NCBI GenBank assembly: GCA_020054495.1
Contig: JAHWGK010000001.1
Coordinates: 19,048 to 83,047, forward strand
Reading direction: 5' to 3'
DNA from: Thermoplasmata archaeon
GTDB taxonomy: Archaea > Thermoplasmatota > E2 > DHVEG-1
DNA: 64,000 nt
The translations under genes were made by a program, and so were the position numbers. The notes beneath the pieces are model-generated. The model searched no databases, was not told the DNA's origin, and worked only from the letters and a program-made list of their open reading frames with translations. Every line of letters begins with the position of its first letter. Within the stretch, counting starts at the first letter, position 1. Positions 39,275 to 49,212 of this stretch are shown piece by piece.

Positions 39275-41089
39275 CTATTCAACGGTGACTGATTTTGCAA
39301 GATTACGAGGTTTGTCAATTGAACATTCCCTTAAGTTTGCGACATGATAAGCAAGAAGTTGTAAAATAACAGTTATTGGAACACATGAAAGGAGACCTGA
39401 ATTTGATGGAAATGGTAAAACAAAATCAGCATGTTTATCTATTTCAGTATCACTATCCTCAGCAATAGCAATTACCTGAGGGCCTCTTGCTTTTACTTCG
39501 CCAATATTTGCTATCATTTTAGCATAAGTAGAATCTTTTGTAACTATCACTACAACAGGAGTAGTTTTTGTAAGTAAAGCAAAAGGACCATGTTTCAGTT
39601 CACCAGCCGCAAAACCTTCAGCATGAATATATGATATTTCCTTAAGTTTAAGAGCTCCTTCCAATGATAGAGGGTAGTTTAAACCTCGTCCAATGAAAAA
39701 AACTGAATTTGCATTCTTTAATTTGGATGCTATTCCAGATATTTTTTTACTTTGATTCAATATCTGTCTAACATTTCTTGGTAGCTCTTTAAGTTGGAGA
39801 ATATATTTGTACAATTCATCTGCTCCAATCTTGTTTTTTATTATTGAAATTTTTAATGCTAACAAGAAAAGAACGAGAATTTGAGATGTGAATGTTTTTG
39901 TTGCAGCAACACCAATTTCGGGACCAGATTGAGTTAGAATATATGCATCTGAAATCCTTGTTGCAGTGCTTCCAACAACATTTGTTACAACAAGAGTTTT
40001 ACATCCTGAGTTTTTAGCTTCTTTGAGTGCAGCAAGTGTGTCTAAAGTTTCACCTGATTGAGTAACAGCTATTACAAGGGAGGACTCATTTCTTGTACCA
40101 AAATAGCGATATTCAGAGGAAAGCTCAACGTTAACAGGGATTCCTGTTAATTTTTCTACTAAATATTTACCTATAAGACCAGCGTAGTAAGAAGTTCCAC
40201 ATGCAATAATATTAATTGAATTTATTCCATTTTTTAGAAGATTTTCGACTTTTTCGTTAAATTCTATTGTTCTATAGATTTCTGAAATTCGTCCTCTTAT
40301 TACATGATGAACTGTTTCAGGCTGATCATAAATCTCTTTAAGCATAAAATGTGGAAAACCAGATTTTTCTGCGTCTTTTAAATCCCATTTAATTAAATTT
40401 TCCTTTCTTTCAATTGGTATGTTTTTTTCATCAAATATTCTTATTTCTTTATTTGAAATAATACAAAGCTCTCCATCATTAAGGTAAACCACTCTATTTG
40501 TATATTTTAAAAAAGCAGTGACGTCAGACGCTAAATAGTTTTCATTATCTCCTACACCTATTACAAGTGGGCTATCTTTTCTTGCGCCAACAATTTTGTC
40601 AGGCTCATCAGTACAAGTTACAACAATTGCATAGTATCCTTCAACTTTTTTTAATGCAGAAAATACCGCTTTTTCTAAATTTCCCGTATAATTATCTTCT
40701 ATTAATTGAGCAATAACTTCTGTGTCGGTTTGTGATAAAAATTTATATCCCTTCTTTTTTAAATTGTCTCTTAATTTTGTGAAGTTTTCGATGATTCCGT
40801 TGTGGACAACTGCAATTTTTTTATTTGATGAAAGATGAGGATGAGCGTTTTCTTTTGTAACTCCTCCGTGAGTTGCCCAACGGGTATGTCCTATCCCAAT
40901 TGTTCCTTTAAAATCTGGGAGATTTTTTTTAATTTCATCTATTTCTCCAATATCTTTAAAGAGCTGTTGTTTTTTATCAATAATAGCAATTCCTGCCGAA
41001 TCATAACCTCTATATTCTAACCTTTTTAGACTATCGACTAAGATTTCTTTTGCATCTCTAAATCCTATGTATCCTATTATTCCGCACAA
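39275..41089 (-). CDS. glmS: Glutamine--fructose-6-phosphate transaminase
   Basis: MCGIIG, LEYRGYDSAG, GHTRWATHG, QSGET, AATKTF, ELKHGP, PRNLAKSVTVE. Confidence 0.97.
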   Translation of the reverse strand: MCGIIGYIGFRDAKEILVDSLKRLEYRGYDSAGIAIIDKKQQLFKDIGEIDEIKKNLPDFKGTIGIGHTRWATHGGVTKENAHPHLSSNKKIAVVHNGIIENFTKLRDNLKKKGYKFLSQTDTEVIAQLIEDNYTGNLEKAVFSALKKVEGYYAIVVTCTDEPDKIVGARKDSPLVIGVGDNENYLASDVTAFLKYTNRVVYLNDGELCIISNKEIRIFDEKNIPIERKENLIKWDLKDAEKSGFPHFMLKEIYDQPETVHHVIRGRISEIYRTIEFNEKVENLLKNGINSINIIACGTSYYAGLIGKYLVEKLTGIPVNVELSSEYRYFGTRNESSLVIAVTQSGETLDTLAALKEAKNSGCKTLVVTNVVGSTATRISDAYILTQSGPEIGVAATKTFTSQILVLFLLALKISIIKNKIGADELYKYILQLKELPRNVRQILNQSKKISGIASKLKNANSVFFIGRGLNYPLSLEGALKLKEISYIHAEGFAAGELKHGPFALLTKTTPVVVIVTKDSTYAKMIANIGEVKARGPQVIAIAEDSDTEIDKHADFVLPFPSNSGLLSCVPITVILQLLAYHVANLRECSIDKPRNLAKSVTVE

Positions 41090-41090
41090 A

Positions 41091-42275
41091 TTACATCACT
41101 TTACTTGAACTTCCTACTTTTTTACTTAATCTATTCATAGGTTCTATTTTGCATTTTCTACCAATAATTACTCCAGGGTCAACAACAACGTTAGATCCAA
41201 TTGTGCAATCTTCGCCAATCATTGCACCAATATTTTTTAACTTCTTATACTCGCCTTCAATTTCAAGTGTGTTACTACCAGATATGCTTGAAAAATTGTT
41301 ATCAATAATAGTACCTTTTGCAATAATTGAATTTTTTATAGAAGAGTTTGAACCAATATGTGTATCATTCATGATCACACTATTCCTAATCTCAGAAAAA
41401 GGATTAATGACAGAATTATCCCCAATTGTTGTTGATGGAAAAATACAAGCATTTGGTCCAATTTCACAACCTTCCCCAATTACAACAGGCCCAACAATAT
41501 AACACCCAGAATAAATAGTTGTGTCTTTACCAATTGAAACGTCGCCTTTTATTGTAACGCCTTTTTCGATAACGCCTCCTTTTGAAGAAGGAGCACTATT
41601 AATTAACGACTCATTAACTTTAATTAAATCCCAAGGATATACAATATCCATCCATTCATTTGCAATAATTGTATCAATTATTTCTCCCTGATCTACGATT
41701 GATTGAATAACTGAAGAAAGATCATAAACACCATCAGAGGCTAATCCTTCAATTTGTTCAAAAATTGTTTTTGGAAGTTTATAGATCCCGGTTGATATAA
41801 ACTTACCAATTTCTTCTTTTGGTTTTTCAACTATTTCTTTAAGTTTATTTTTTTCAATAATAACAACACCATATTTAGATGGCTGAGGATTTTCTTTGAT
41901 TAATATTGAATATTTTGAGTTATCCTTAATTAAATTTGAAATACTTTTTTGATCAATTATATTGTCCCCTGATAAAACAATGAATGATTCTTTTATCTGT
42001 TTTTTAGATTGTAGTAAAGCATGAGCAGTGCCTAATTGTTTATCTTGTTCAACGTATGTTATTTTGACTCCTTTATAGTTTTTGAAGTATTCCATTATAA
42101 CTTCTTTTTTGTAACCAACAACAATTATAATTTCAGAAATCCCACTTTTTTTTACAGAATCAACTACATATTCAAGTATTGGCTTGTTTGCAACAAGTAA
42201 CATTACCTTTGGTAAAGTCTCTGTAAAAGGTCTTAATCTTTTTCCTTCGCCTGCGGCTAATATTACAGCTTTCAT
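41091..42275 (-). CDS. Second GlmU-like sugar-phosphate nucleotidyltransferase with hexapeptide domain
   Basis: LAAGEGKRLRPFT..PK, QLGTAHA, VEKP, hexapeptide repeats. Confidence 0.88.
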   Translation of the reverse strand: MKAVILAAGEGKRLRPFTETLPKVMLLVANKPILEYVVDSVKKSGISEIIIVVGYKKEVIMEYFKNYKGVKITYVEQDKQLGTAHALLQSKKQIKESFIVLSGDNIIDQKSISNLIKDNSKYSILIKENPQPSKYGVVIIEKNKLKEIVEKPKEEIGKFISTGIYKLPKTIFEQIEGLASDGVYDLSSVIQSIVDQGEIIDTIIANEWMDIVYPWDLIKVNESLINSAPSSKGGVIEKGVTIKGDVSIGKDTTIYSGCYIVGPVVIGEGCEIGPNACIFPSTTIGDNSVINPFSEIRNSVIMNDTHIGSNSSIKNSIIAKGTIIDNNFSSISGSNTLEIEGEYKKLKNIGAMIGEDCTIGSNVVVDPGVIIGRKCKIEPMNRLSKKVGSSSKVM

Positions 42276-42399
42276 TCAAATCGCCTTTAGGTGTAAGCTT
42301 AATTCGCATATTTTACATTTACTAACATAATTTTGAATTAATGCCATAAAATATAAAATGATTCTTTTTCTTATACATAAAAATCTTGAGGTAATAATA

Positions 42400-43122
42400 T
42401 TGGCTAAGAAATACGTTATATTCAAAGATGATGACATAGGAAAAGATTTTGAAGGATTTAAAAAATGGATAGATGTTGTGTTGGAAAACAAAGCAAAAGC
42501 AGCCATTGGTGTCATTGGAAGGTATTTGAAAAATCAAGAATTAAGGAAATATCTAAATTCACTTGATGAAAAGCAAATAGAAATATTTTGCCATGGATAT
42601 TACCATAGTCATCTTCCATATATCTATAATAAACTTCTTAGAAGAAAGACTCTTTCAAAAACAGAATTTAATAAAGATTTTGGAAAACAAAACCTATCTC
42701 TTAAAAAATATAGACTTCTAGAAAGTAAATATTTGAAAATAAAATCAATTGCTTTAGGCCCACAAGGAAATATTTGGAATGAATTTATAATAGACGCAGC
42801 TTTAAAAAACGATTTTAAATTAATGTTTTCTTGGGATAAAGCAAAACATAAATTGTTGACCATTCCATTAACTGACAATTTTAAACAAAATTCATTAGAT
42901 GAATTTATCAGTGCCTATAAGAAAAACAAAGAAAATTCTATTTACACTTTGCAGTTTCATCATGCAAATCTATCTGAAACGCAATTCGATCTTATGGCAG
43001 AGGTTATTGATTTTTTAAAAAATGATGAAGATAGAGTTTTTGTAACACCATTTGAACTTTTGAAAATAAGTAAAAGTGATAAAACTATTTTTGATTTAAT
43101 GGCTCCTGAAAATGTGAGATAA
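42400..43122 (+). CDS. Polysaccharide-deacetylase-like protein (DUF2334-like)
   Basis: IFKDDD, IFCHGYYH, LQFHH metal-site motifs; TTG 42400 with GAGGT SD. Confidence 0.6.
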   Translation: MAKKYVIFKDDDIGKDFEGFKKWIDVVLENKAKAAIGVIGRYLKNQELRKYLNSLDEKQIEIFCHGYYHSHLPYIYNKLLRRKTLSKTEFNKDFGKQNLSLKKYRLLESKYLKIKSIALGPQGNIWNEFIIDAALKNDFKLMFSWDKAKHKLLTIPLTDNFKQNSLDEFISAYKKNKENSIYTLQFHHANLSETQFDLMAEVIDFLKNDEDRVFVTPFELLKISKSDKTIFDLMAPENVR

Positions 43123-43154
43123 ATAAAATTCCTTTCTTTACATTATTTTTAACA

Positions 43155-44012
43155 TTAATTGATAAATAAAATTGAATACTTGCAGCTTTCCGCCATTTTT
43201 CTTTTAATGTTTTTTACAGGAAGACCCAATATACCTTTTTTCTTTTGTCCTCTGCCTACTATTACAAGATTTGGATTAATGCTTTCTGCAGCTTTAGTTG
43301 TTTCTTTTTGCAAGCTACCTTTTATTAATTTTATGTTTACTCCTTTGTTTTTCATTTCCTCAACAAAGTTTTGTCCTTTAAAAATCAAGTCTCTTTCTGA
43401 TTTTTTATCAGATCTTATACAATTTTCATCTACTTGCACGCAATCTTCAACATCTACAACATATAGCATGTGCAAATCCCAGCCGAGAGTTTCTGAAAGT
43501 TTTAAACTTATTTCTGGAACTTTTTTGTTGGGAGCCAGATTAGAACAAACTGCAAGAATTGATTTACCTTTGCTTTCAGCTTCTACCCAAACAGGTATAT
43601 TTATATCATCTAAAAGACGATAATTAAGGATACATCCTTTTTCAAAACCCATCAATATTAAATCGTAATTGTATTTATCGATTTCACTTTTTACAATGAT
43701 ACTAAATTCCCCTTCAACTATTTTTTCTTCAAAAGAAATATTTTTGTTTTTAAAGAAGTACTTTGCATCATCAAAAATAATGTTGTATGCTGCAAGTTTT
43801 TGTTTTCTAACTATCTCATTTTTTGTTTCTGCTATTTCATAAAGAGTTCGGTAGGAATTAGAACGTCTGTCTGTTTGATTTAATGTTTTTTCTTCTATTA
43901 TGTAAATGAGGTTTATGGTACTTTTATATTTTTCAGCAAGGAAAACTCCTCTTTGCAGAACTTGCTTGTTGTAAAACTCTGAAGAAATTGGTATTATTAC
44001 ATTTTTAAACAT
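43155..44012 (-). CDS. Tandem universal stress protein
   Basis: FKNVIIPIS, DLILMG, second domain ILAVCS...LVIVG...SILFIN. Confidence 0.8.
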   Translation of the reverse strand: MFKNVIIPISSEFYNKQVLQRGVFLAEKYKSTINLIYIIEEKTLNQTDRRSNSYRTLYEIAETKNEIVRKQKLAAYNIIFDDAKYFFKNKNISFEEKIVEGEFSIIVKSEIDKYNYDLILMGFEKGCILNYRLLDDINIPVWVEAESKGKSILAVCSNLAPNKKVPEISLKLSETLGWDLHMLYVVDVEDCVQVDENCIRSDKKSERDLIFKGQNFVEEMKNKGVNIKLIKGSLQKETTKAAESINPNLVIVGRGQKKKGILGLPVKNIKRKMAESCKYSILFIN

Positions 44013-44029
44013 ATTCCCCGCCTTATTCC

Positions 44030-45463
44030 TTAGATATTATGTAATCCCAATACTCCAATCCAATATCCTACTGCAACCAGAAATACAATTACTATACAAA
44101 TAATATTTGCTAAAACACCAGCCTTAAATAAATCCTTTGTTGAAAAATAACCTGATGAATACGTTATTGCATTACCTGGAGTTGCTATAACAAGCATAAA
44201 CGCAAGTCCACCGCTTAAAGCGATAATCATTGATGAAAGTAAAGGACTTATTCCTATTGCTGGTGCCAATGCTATACCAATTGGCAATAAAATTGCAACA
44301 GCTCCAATATTTGACATAACCTCTGTCAGCAATATAGTTATAATTATCATTACAAGAATCACTAAATAAAGATTAGAGCCTGCTAAACTGAATATTTGAT
44401 CAGCTATCCATTGTCCAGCTCCGGTTTTTTGAATGCCAATTCCTAAAGTAATTGCTCCTCCATAAAGTAAAATAATACCCCAAGGGACTCGCTTTTCTAC
44501 ATCTTTCCAAGTAATAACGCCTGTTAAAAACAATAGGATACTTCCAAGTATTGAAATGACTGCAAGTCCAAAATATTGATATGATGAGAAGAAAATCCAA
44601 AGTAAGATTGTTATTATCAGTATAATTAAAACTAGGAATTCGTTTTTCTTCATTTTTCCTGTGATACTGACTTGATTTTTAATTTCTTTTCTTGCTGCAG
44701 AAATGTCCTTTATTTCAATTGGAAAAGAAAACTGTAGGACAAGCCAGACTAAAGGTAATGCAATGATTACAACAGGCATAGAATACTTCATCCAATCAAA
44801 AAAAGTTACATCTATTCCAATATCTGAGAGAATGCCAATGGTTAGAGGATTACGAGCCCCACCTATTAGAGTTCCTAAACTACCAATTGAACACCCAAAT
44901 GCAACGCTTAACATACTAATCTTTCCAAAATTACTCTGTTTTGGGACTATTTTCATGGCAATTAGAATTGATACGACAATTGGTAAAAAAAGTGCAGCGA
45001 CACCGTGCTCGGGCATAACAAATGATAAAAATGCACAAGATGTCATGATTCCAAATGTAAAGAAACGTGGGCTTTTCTCGAATTTGCTTAAAAACTTTAA
45101 AGCAATACGTCGGTGGAGGCCATGTTTTTCGATTGCACCAGCAAGAATAAATGCACCTATTAAGAAAAATACTGCCTGATTTCCAAATGAAGAAAAGACA
45201 TCATTTGGAGGTATAACATGTAACAAGGGCTGAATTATCATTATTAAAAGACCAGTTACAGCTAGTGGTATTGCTTCAGTTATCCACAAAATTGCAGCCA
45301 TAATTAAAATTCCTATCATAACTTGGCCATCATGAGTTAAACCGCTTGGATTTGGGGAAAAATAAAATATTGCTACAATTAAAAAGGCTAGTAAAATAAA
45401 AAAAATGTCTTTATGACTCTGGATTTTAAGTTTACTTTTAAAATAATTATTATCGTCTTTCAT
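44030..45463 (-). CDS. DASS/SLC13 sodium-coupled anion (sulfate?) symporter
   Basis: LWITEAIPL, GLHRRIA, SIGSLGTLIGGARN, VPWGIILLYGG, TEVMSN, ATPGNAI. Confidence 0.9.
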   Translation of the reverse strand: MKDDNNYFKSKLKIQSHKDIFFILLAFLIVAIFYFSPNPSGLTHDGQVMIGILIMAAILWITEAIPLAVTGLLIMIIQPLLHVIPPNDVFSSFGNQAVFFLIGAFILAGAIEKHGLHRRIALKFLSKFEKSPRFFTFGIMTSCAFLSFVMPEHGVAALFLPIVVSILIAMKIVPKQSNFGKISMLSVAFGCSIGSLGTLIGGARNPLTIGILSDIGIDVTFFDWMKYSMPVVIIALPLVWLVLQFSFPIEIKDISAARKEIKNQVSITGKMKKNEFLVLIILIITILLWIFFSSYQYFGLAVISILGSILLFLTGVITWKDVEKRVPWGIILLYGGAITLGIGIQKTGAGQWIADQIFSLAGSNLYLVILVMIIITILLTEVMSNIGAVAILLPIGIALAPAIGISPLLSSMIIALSGGLAFMLVIATPGNAITYSSGYFSTKDLFKAGVLANIICIVIVFLVAVGYWIGVLGLHNI

Positions 45464-46044
45464 GTTCTTCTATTTCGGTATAATCGATTATCTATTGCTT
45501 CCATCATTTTATCAAAGATTTCCCTAGATATACCCAAGAAATCCACTATTTTACTAATATTTCCCTTTGGATTTAATAGTATATCATTATAGCTGACCAA
45601 TAAAACATCAATATCTTCTCTTTCAATGATGTGGTTTTTTACCAGTTCATTTAATTTAACAAAGGTTTCACGGGTTTCTTCGCGATTATCGTCTTTTTTC
45701 CCAATCATTTTTTCCATTGAATCAAGTATTTCTTCAATGTTTCTCTCGGAGTAAATGATTTTATATTTCCCAGGAGGAAGATATCGAAGACCATAAGCTG
45801 TAATCTTAATGAATTTTCCTTTGTATTTCTCCATTGGAAAGGATCCATCAATGAGTTTATTTATTATCTTCCCACCTTCAAGCTCATAATAACCTTTCGG
45901 GTTGTTTTGGTCAGGCAGCCGTGAACCATTAAAAGAAGTTGGGATATCACCAGCACTTAAAATTTGCATCATCATGGATGTTCCAGAACGCTCTAAACCT
46001 GATATAATGTAGTTTATATCTTCATCTAATTTCATCTCACTCAC
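45460..46044 (-). CDS. Small sulfotransferase-family protein
   Basis: ISGLERSGTSMMMQIL, NPKGYYE, ERNIEEILDS, VSYND. Confidence 0.8.
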   Translation of the reverse strand: MSEMKLDEDINYIISGLERSGTSMMMQILSAGDIPTSFNGSRLPDQNNPKGYYELEGGKIINKLIDGSFPMEKYKGKFIKITAYGLRYLPPGKYKIIYSERNIEEILDSMEKMIGKKDDNREETRETFVKLNELVKNHIIEREDIDVLLVSYNDILLNPKGNISKIVDFLGISREIFDKMMEAIDNRLYRNRRT

Positions 46045-46045
46045 T

Positions 46046-46657
46046 CTACCCTTTTATGAGACCTAGTTCTTTTAATTTTTTCATAACTTTTTCTGCACTT
46101 TCTTCTACAGTTTCTTTATCAGTGTCAACTATTAGTTCTGGATTTTCTGGTTCTTCATAAGGAGCATTAATTCCTGTGAAATCTTTTATTATTCCTTCCC
46201 TTGCTTTTTTATATAAACCTTTAGGATCTCGCTTTTCACATGTTTCAAGAGAGGCTCTACAAAATATTTCGACAAATCTTCCATCTCCAACCAGTTCTCT
46301 GCAGAAATTTCTATATTTTCTGTACGGAGAAATAAAAGCAGTTATAGCAATCACGCCAGCATCTGCAAAAAGATTGGCAACTTCAGATATTCTTCTAATA
46401 TTTTCGTTCCTATCCTCAGGCGAAAAACCAAGATTTTTATTAAGTCCCTGGCGAATATTATCTCCATCGAGCACATACGTAAGTTTTCCTATAGAATGTA
46501 AGTTGTATGCAACTTCATTTGCAACTGTTGATTTTCCGCTACCAGATAGCCCTGTAAACCATAGGACTGCTCCCTTCTGTTTTAAAAGCACTTCTCTTTC
46601 TTCTTTTGTTACTTTATGTTCATGCCATGTTACATTTGTTGCTTTTTTTTCTACCAT
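46046..46657 (-). CDS. cysC: Adenylyl-sulfate kinase
   Basis: WFTGLSGSGKST, LDGDNIR, FISPY, RDPKGLYKKA, FTGINAPYE. Confidence 0.97.
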   Translation of the reverse strand: MVEKKATNVTWHEHKVTKEEREVLLKQKGAVLWFTGLSGSGKSTVANEVAYNLHSIGKLTYVLDGDNIRQGLNKNLGFSPEDRNENIRRISEVANLFADAGVIAITAFISPYRKYRNFCRELVGDGRFVEIFCRASLETCEKRDPKGLYKKAREGIIKDFTGINAPYEEPENPELIVDTDKETVEESAEKVMKKLKELGLIKG

Positions 46658-46676
46658 TTTTTATCACCTTCTAATT

Positions 46677-47651
46677 TCACATTTTTAAAAATTCTAAAAT
46701 TTCTTGGACAAAAGAATCAGTTTGTCCTTTTGGTACAATTGCTCCAAAAACTTCTTTTTTTCCTCCACATTTAAAACCAAGAGATTTTCCCTTCACTATC
46801 AAAGGTTCTGCATTTTTCTTACTTCTCACATAAATTTGATCTCTATCACCAAAAAAACCTGTATTGATAACAACAGTATTTTTCTCAGAAGTCCATGCAA
46901 CTTTTCTTGTTAATGTAGAGATTATATTGTATGATGTGTTAATTTTTTTAAGAATTATCCCATCTATTTCGTTATCGGGCATATTTAGTTGTTTTTCAAG
47001 CTCTTGATTTAATTTATTGAAGTTATCATTCCATTTCTGATTATTCAATATATAATCAGCTGTTCCATTTTCAATTAAAAGACGTGGAGCTTCCTCAACC
47101 GCTTCCTTATCTCCTAATTTATAGTTTGAATCCAAAAGATAAGCCATTTTTAACAAATCATCAAAATTTAGACCGTTTTCATTGCAAAAATCTGTGATAA
47201 TTCTGTAAAATTCCTGATTGTTTTTTATTTTCTGTTCATGATCTCCGATGATTCCAAGCAATCCATATAAATTTATTTTGTTACCTAGAAAATCATTTAC
47301 TATCCAACTTGCAGAAGGATATTTGTCAGGGTTCCCGCCCTTTATTACAGGGTTATTATGAAATACTTGTTCCACAACTTTACCCAAATGATGGTCAAAA
47401 ATCATTACTTGTGCATTTTTTGCAAGTCTTAAGATGTTGTCTTCAGGAAGAGACATGTCTGCAACTATTACAAAATCATATTTTGAATAATTTTCAAGTT
47501 CTTCTTCGGTGAGATAGTAGTTGCCAAGCTGGGGTGTTTTGTTAGTGATGTCTTTATCTGAAAGTTGTTCCAGTAAAAGGCGAGCGGAACATATGCCATC
47601 AGTATCCCAATGATGAATCAATAGGCCTTTCCCTTTTAATTTTTCAAACAT
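46677..47651 (-). CDS. DHH-family phosphoesterase
   Basis: HHWDTDG, VADMS, FDHH, C-terminal GG motif. Confidence 0.85.
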   Translation of the reverse strand: MFEKLKGKGLLIHHWDTDGICSARLLLEQLSDKDITNKTPQLGNYYLTEEELENYSKYDFVIVADMSLPEDNILRLAKNAQVMIFDHHLGKVVEQVFHNNPVIKGGNPDKYPSASWIVNDFLGNKINLYGLLGIIGDHEQKIKNNQEFYRIITDFCNENGLNFDDLLKMAYLLDSNYKLGDKEAVEEAPRLLIENGTADYILNNQKWNDNFNKLNQELEKQLNMPDNEIDGIILKKINTSYNIISTLTRKVAWTSEKNTVVINTGFFGDRDQIYVRSKKNAEPLIVKGKSLGFKCGGKKEVFGAIVPKGQTDSFVQEILEFLKM

Positions 47652-47666
47652 GTTAATCTTTCCTTT

Positions 47667-48800
47667 TTATTCAACAAATGGATTTTTAAATTTAAGAATC
47701 ATTTCTGCTACTTCTTTTCTCATCATGTCTTCAGGGGGAATTTCTCCGTTTCTTAGCAATTCTCTTATTTTTTTACCACTGAAATTGATATGATCTTTTG
47801 GGTCATGAGGACAAATCTTATCATTTACAACACTACCGCATTTTGTACATCTTGAAAAAGATCTGAAGAAAACTGGAATAATATGTAAATCTGGAAATTC
47901 TGAGAAAATATCATGTGCATCATAAGGGCCATAATAATTTCCAACTCCTGCATGATCTCTACCTACAATGAAGTGGGTGCAGCCGAAATTTTTCCGCATT
48001 ATAGCATGATGTATTGCCTCTCTTGGTCCAGCATATTTCATAGAAGTTCTTAAAATGGACATTACTGCACGATCTTTGAGATAATAGTGTTTCATCAGTG
48101 CTTCATATGACGATAGTATCACATCATCTCTGAAATCTCCACTTTTTTTCTTTCCAATGATTGGATTAATAAATAGACCATCGACAAAAGTTAGAGCTGT
48201 TTTTTGAACATATTCATGGCCTATATGGGGTGGATTACGCGTTTGAAAAGCAACAATTTCTCTCCATCCTTTTTCTTTGAATAAAATACGTGTTTCTTTT
48301 GGTGTAAGATTATATTGATCATATTCCCTTGTTTTACTTGCAATAAGTGAAATTTTTCCACCAATTAGATTTTGTTTCATATTGTATACATTAGCAACCC
48401 CCGGGTGATTTGTATCTTGTGTTCGATAGATTGCTTGTGCTAATGTTTTTTTATCATATGTATAAATTTCATCAACATTTAATAATGCACGTACACCATT
48501 TTCTTTATTTGTAAGAATAACAGAATCTCCTGCTTTTATTCCATTTAAGTCGTTTTTATCAAAATCCAACAGTATGGGAATTGCCCATGGTGTATCATCA
48601 GCTAATCTTTTTTCTGCAACTACATTTTCAAGATCGTTGTTACATAAAAATCCTTCTAATGGTGAAAATACTCCGTGGGCAATGTTTAGAATATCTTCTG
48701 AAAGGTTTGTATTTATTTCAAGTTTTGAAAGACCGTTAGTGCCTAATGACTCTTTTTTAACACGCCTATTTATTAATTTTCCACCGTGTGGTTTTGGCAT
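47667..48800 (-). CDS. sat: Sulfate adenylyltransferase
   Basis: PHGGKL, FSPLEGF, FQTRNPPHIGHE, YAGPREA, HFIVGRDHAG; ATG 48800 after GAGGTGA SD. Confidence 0.96.
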   Translation of the reverse strand: MPKPHGGKLINRRVKKESLGTNGLSKLEINTNLSEDILNIAHGVFSPLEGFLCNNDLENVVAEKRLADDTPWAIPILLDFDKNDLNGIKAGDSVILTNKENGVRALLNVDEIYTYDKKTLAQAIYRTQDTNHPGVANVYNMKQNLIGGKISLIASKTREYDQYNLTPKETRILFKEKGWREIVAFQTRNPPHIGHEYVQKTALTFVDGLFINPIIGKKKSGDFRDDVILSSYEALMKHYYLKDRAVMSILRTSMKYAGPREAIHHAIMRKNFGCTHFIVGRDHAGVGNYYGPYDAHDIFSEFPDLHIIPVFFRSFSRCTKCGSVVNDKICPHDPKDHINFSGKKIRELLRNGEIPPEDMMRKEVAEMILKFKNPFVE

Positions 48801-48810
48801 TATTTTCACC

Positions 48811-49044
48811 TCAGTCAATATAGCCTAGTGCTCGAAGTCTATCTTTAACTCTTTTTTCGTCTTCTTTTGTAAAAACCTCGTCCTCTTCTTCGTCCATACC
48901 TGATATAACCTCTCTAAGCACATAGGTTACATATGAAGAGAGAGATGTGAATCCTGTTCCTTTTATTCTTTTTTTAATTTTTTCTGCTAGAGGGGTTGGT
49001 ATTGATACTGTTGTAAATTTTTTATCTTCTTTATCTTCTTTCAT
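48811..49044 (-). CDS. CopG/ribbon-helix-helix regulator with C-terminal RLRALGY tail
   Basis: TTVSIPTPLAEKIKKRI..TGFTSLSSYVTYVLRE, then acidic linker and EKRVKDRLRALGYID. Confidence 0.8.
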   Translation of the reverse strand: MKEDKEDKKFTTVSIPTPLAEKIKKRIKGTGFTSLSSYVTYVLREVISGMDEEEDEVFTKEDEKRVKDRLRALGYID

Positions 49045-49047
49045 AGT

Positions 49048-49117
49048 TTATACCTCATCATATATAATTATATTTCATTATATATCACTATATTTAGTTA
49101 TATATCATTGTGATATA
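49048..49117. repeat. Phased 10-bp degenerate repeats (consensus TTATATATCA) plus TATATCA-N3-TGATATA inverted repeat
   Basis: TTATACCTCA/TCATATATAA/TTATATTTCA/TTATATATCA/CTATATTTAG/TTATATATCA at 49048-49107; inverted repeat 49101-49117. Confidence 0.55.
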
Positions 49118-49212
49118 AATACTTTACGAATTTTGAGGCTTTGCACATAAGATTTAGATACTGTTATGTTTTAAACCTATACAAGCAAATAAAAAAAAGA
49201 GAATGAATTTGG

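Noticed and set aside
38055..42275. Duplicated glmU flanking glmS as a novelty
   Set aside because: This arrangement is familiar in euryarchaeal genomes
42276..42537. Small minus-strand ORFs upstream of the glmU-like gene
   Set aside because: They overlap the plus-strand deacetylase-like gene and the divergent promoter region; no motifs
47667..48800. sat as a marker of dissimilatory sulfate reduction
   Set aside because: Linked to cysC and a sulfotransferase; no apr, qmo or dsr in the window
49048..49117. CRISPR array or mobile-element end
   Set aside because: Units are 10 bp with no spacers; no cas or transposase genes recognised in the window
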